A DNA stretch of 64,000 nt from an uncultured delta proteobacterium (lineage in GTDB: Bacteria; Desulfobacterota; Desulfobacteria; Desulfobacterales; JAFDCJ01), in NCBI GenBank assembly GCA_963769935.1, contig CAVYNY010000013.1, forward strand, positions 512,001-576,000, given 5' to 3'. The translations under genes were made by a program, and so were the position numbers. Positions 61,270 to 64,000 of this stretch are shown piece by piece; position 1 is the first letter of the stretch, and each line of letters starts with the position of its first letter. Below the pieces are notes generated by a model. That model worked only from the letters and a program-made list of their open reading frames with translations, searched no databases and was not told where the DNA came from.

Positions 61270-61620
61270 CAATCACTACCACCTATTAATGCGAACCCGA
61301 AGGGCTAACCTGTCCAAAAGCATGCAATGGCTGGGCGCAACTTACACCAAACGATTCAACACACGGCATTTTCGAAGCGGGCATCTTTTTCAGGGGCGCT
61401 TTAATAACATGCTGGTGCAAAATGATGCCTATTTGCTGGAGCTGTCCTATTATATTCATCGAAATCTTGTCCGGGCCGGGATGGTGAAAAGGTTATCAAG
61501 CTACAGACGGAGCAGCTATCGTGCCTATGCCTATGATGACCAAAGAGTAAAATGGCTCAATACCGAGCTGCTGTTGTCGCAATTTTTAAATGTGACAGAC
61601 AGCCACGGAGCGGACGCAAT
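61270..61620 (+). pseudogene. RAYT/IS200-like Y1 transposase fragment
   Basis: NHYHLL (HUH), GHLFQGRF, YIHRN.VRAG, SSY; both ends truncated. Confidence 0.75.
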
Positions 61621-61743
61621 ACCGGGGCCTTTTTTATATACCATGCAGAAGGTACAGCGATTGTGGGAGCAGCCGACCATTGCCTGGATCAACAAAAAGT
61701 CCGCCTCGCCGGGAGGCCGGTATATGGGACCTGTGTAGCGCAT
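61620..61743 (-). pseudogene. N-terminal fragment of a radical SAM protein
   Basis: [30 protein letters not shown] (CxxxCxxC), then runs into the RAYT fragment. Confidence 0.7.
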
Positions 61744-62000
61744 TCAAGTTATCTTTAGACACCGACCCTCCCGCTAACAACCCCGGACTTTATTGTCAAT
61801 GTTGATTATTTTTCATCTTTTTCGATACGATGACCTCATCTCATCCGGGGCGCCTTGTCCGGTTTCTGTGCTTGCATACTCAAACGTAATTTGATTTTCA
61901 GTACAATATAGCGAATCAACGAAATACCTTACATTTTGAACTGTAAGATCTGCTTTCATTCTCTATCCCGGCAAAGGAGAATAAATGATGCAGCGCAAAT

Positions 62001-62036
62001 AAAAAACCCGCTTTTCAAAAATAAAGCGGGTTTTTT
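62001..62036. terminator. Bidirectional intrinsic terminator
   Basis: AAAAAACCCGCTTT / AAAGCGGGTTTTTT perfect 14-bp inverted repeat. Confidence 0.8.
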
Positions 62037-62239
62037 GTTCCTCTGAAAAAAATAAGAGCTGATACTCACATTTTGGCGTATTAAATTCAGGGATATATCC
62101 GGCGAATATTTCCACAAAACACCTTAATAGGGATAGTTTTAAACAATCAAAATCAAGGTTGCCATAATTATTTTCTTCCGAGAATTCGAGGAACGTCCGT
62201 TAAGTACCCCCTCTTTGTACAATGGTTCGGTCCGGCGAT

Positions 62240-63640
62240 CTACCTGTCTACCAGCCCGTAATAATGAAGCCTCTTGTACAAAAGCGCCCGAGATATCCCC
62301 AGTTTCTTTGCCGCTTGTCGGCGGTTGTTGTTGGTGGTCACCAGGGCCTGACTGATGGCAGCTTTTTCCGTGCTCTCCAGCAGGATCTTGAGTTTGCAGT
62401 CCGGATTTAACGCACAGGCTGCGGGACAAAGATAGGTTTCACCGAAAATAATGGTGTTAATATGATCAGCGGTGATGGTTTCCTGGAGCACCAGGATCAA
62501 GGCCCGCTCCAGCACGTTGCGGAGTTCCCGGATGTTTCCGGGCCAACTGTAGTCGCAAAGCGCCGACAAGGCCCCCTGGTCCAGGGACTTATGGTAGATC
62601 CCGTGTTCCTTTCTGAGCTTTTCCCAGCTTATTCGGATCAGTTCGAGGATGTCGGCGCGGCGCTCGCGCAAGGGCGGGATATAGATGGGAATCACGTTGA
62701 TACGGTAAAACAGATCTTTTCTGAATTTACCTTCCTCCACCAGCCGGTCCAGGTTTTTATTGGTGGCGGCGATGATGCGCACATCTACATTGTTAAGTTT
62801 TTCGCTGCCGACCTTGTCGATTTCCCTTTCCTGAATCACCCGCAGCAGTTTGGACTGGGTCTTTAGCGGCATATCCCCGATTTCATCAAGAAAAATCGTT
62901 CCGGTGTCGGATAGTTCGAATTTGCCCTTTTTTCCCCCTTTTTTTGCGCCGGTAAAGGCCCCCTCCTCATAGCCGAAGAGTTCCGCTTCGAAAAGCTCTT
63001 CCTGGATGGCCGAACAGTTGAGTCGAATAAAGGGTCCGCTGCAGCGGGAACTCAAGGCATGGATGCTATGGGCAAAAACCTCTTTTCCGACCCCGCTTTC
63101 ACCGAGAAGCAAAATCGTGGCGTTAGATGAAGCGGCCATCATGGCGGTTTTTTTTAGATTCTGGCTGGAAGGCGAGACAGCGAGAATATCATTGAAGGTA
63201 AAGCGGGTATCCGGAATCCGTGTGTCGCCGCGTCGTAATTTTTCTTCGAGCTTCAGGATGCTTTTGGTGAGGGCCTTGACCTCTTCCAGGGTCAGGTACT
63301 TGATCTTTCCCACCACTCCGACGCATTGGCCGTTCTCAATAATGGGAATGCGGGAGACAATGACTTCCTGGTTCTTGATAGTCTGGATGCGGTCCAGTTC
63401 CGGCGTGGCGGTCTGGGCCACGATATGCATGCGCGTGTTTTCAATGATTTTGGTCACATGCTGTCCGACAGCCTTCTCTTTGGGGATATTGTGTATTTCT
63501 TCAAAGCTTTTGTTGACATAGGTGATAATCCCCTCGCGGTTGACGATCATCATGCCATCGGCGCACAGGTCCAAAACCTTCCGAGTAATATTGGGATTTT
63601 CGAAAATATTGTCGATGCCAAATTCGCTGACCTCCGCCAT
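62240..63640 (-). CDS. PAS-domain sigma54-dependent transcriptional activator
   Basis: GESGVGKE, ELFGYEEGAFTGA, FLDEIGDM, WPGNIREL, C-terminal HTH. Confidence 0.92.
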   Translation of the reverse strand: MAEVSEFGIDNIFENPNITRKVLDLCADGMMIVNREGIITYVNKSFEEIHNIPKEKAVGQHVTKIIENTRMHIVAQTATPELDRIQTIKNQEVIVSRIPIIENGQCVGVVGKIKYLTLEEVKALTKSILKLEEKLRRGDTRIPDTRFTFNDILAVSPSSQNLKKTAMMAASSNATILLLGESGVGKEVFAHSIHALSSRCSGPFIRLNCSAIQEELFEAELFGYEEGAFTGAKKGGKKGKFELSDTGTIFLDEIGDMPLKTQSKLLRVIQEREIDKVGSEKLNNVDVRIIAATNKNLDRLVEEGKFRKDLFYRINVIPIYIPPLRERRADILELIRISWEKLRKEHGIYHKSLDQGALSALCDYSWPGNIRELRNVLERALILVLQETITADHINTIIFGETYLCPAACALNPDCKLKILLESTEKAAISQALVTTNNNRRQAAKKLGISRALLYKRLHYYGLVDR

Positions 63641-64000
63641 TTCACCTCCCGCTCCGCAAAGGGTTCCTGCGTCTCTTGCAAGTATATGCTGTTTTGATGG
63701 CGCAATAATCTGCTACCGCCCGGGTGTTGGTTTCCGCTCACCGATCCGGGAGGAGCCAAATGCAGAGAAGGAGGATCTGGTCCGCAACCGGGCACCGGGG
63801 GCCACTCCGATCAGCAAAGCTTACGCTGGTTCGGTTTTTCTGCAAATCTTGAGCCAATTTTTCGCACCGACCGGGATAAGGGCGATCGAAGTTCCTACCG
63901 GCTCGCAAAAGGACCTGCGAACAGGTCCTCTATAGGCGACGCTGAAACCAGGCAGCTAAACACCGCCAATGCCATATGGACTGCTGTGTAAATCTCATTA

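Overview
A 64-kb bacterial window. Gene content and intergenic repeat style suggest a Desulfobacterales-like Desulfobacterota genome; this is inference only. About 1-46 kb is mostly metabolic and housekeeping: an M20 amidohydrolase and dppBCDF ABC transporter; a DUF169-dephospho-CoA kinase fusion with two DUF2889-like genes, PHP, thioesterase and Nudix genes; glycerophosphodiesterase, SOD and aminobutyraldehyde dehydrogenase; parE/parC; a class III cyclase-TPR protein and a PAS-PP2C phosphatase; a complete pdhABC-lpdA operon; sdhAB with no membrane anchor; archease-rtcB, USP, an atypical rubredoxin, fbaB and an ExeA-OmpA fusion. Intergenic spaces are filled with short tandem-repeat palindromes and REP-like elements. 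About 46.9-61.8 kb is a decayed accessory island: an internally deleted integron integrase with attC-bounded toxin-antitoxin cassettes, a HEPN-motif cassette, an apparently intact IS1634-family element with a 6-bp target duplication, several RAYT (HUH) remnants with GGGTC/GACCC ends, an IS21 fragment and an IS110-family remnant. The most striking observation is the ~420-bp 3' non-coding end of the IS110 remnant. It holds two tandem hairpin-loop units resembling bridge/seekRNA target-binding loops, and their putative guides spell two variants of the GACCCC-ended repeats found elsewhere in this window, including at the element's own junction. No rRNA, tRNA or CRISPR array was recognised. All family calls come from motif recognition by eye, with no database searches.
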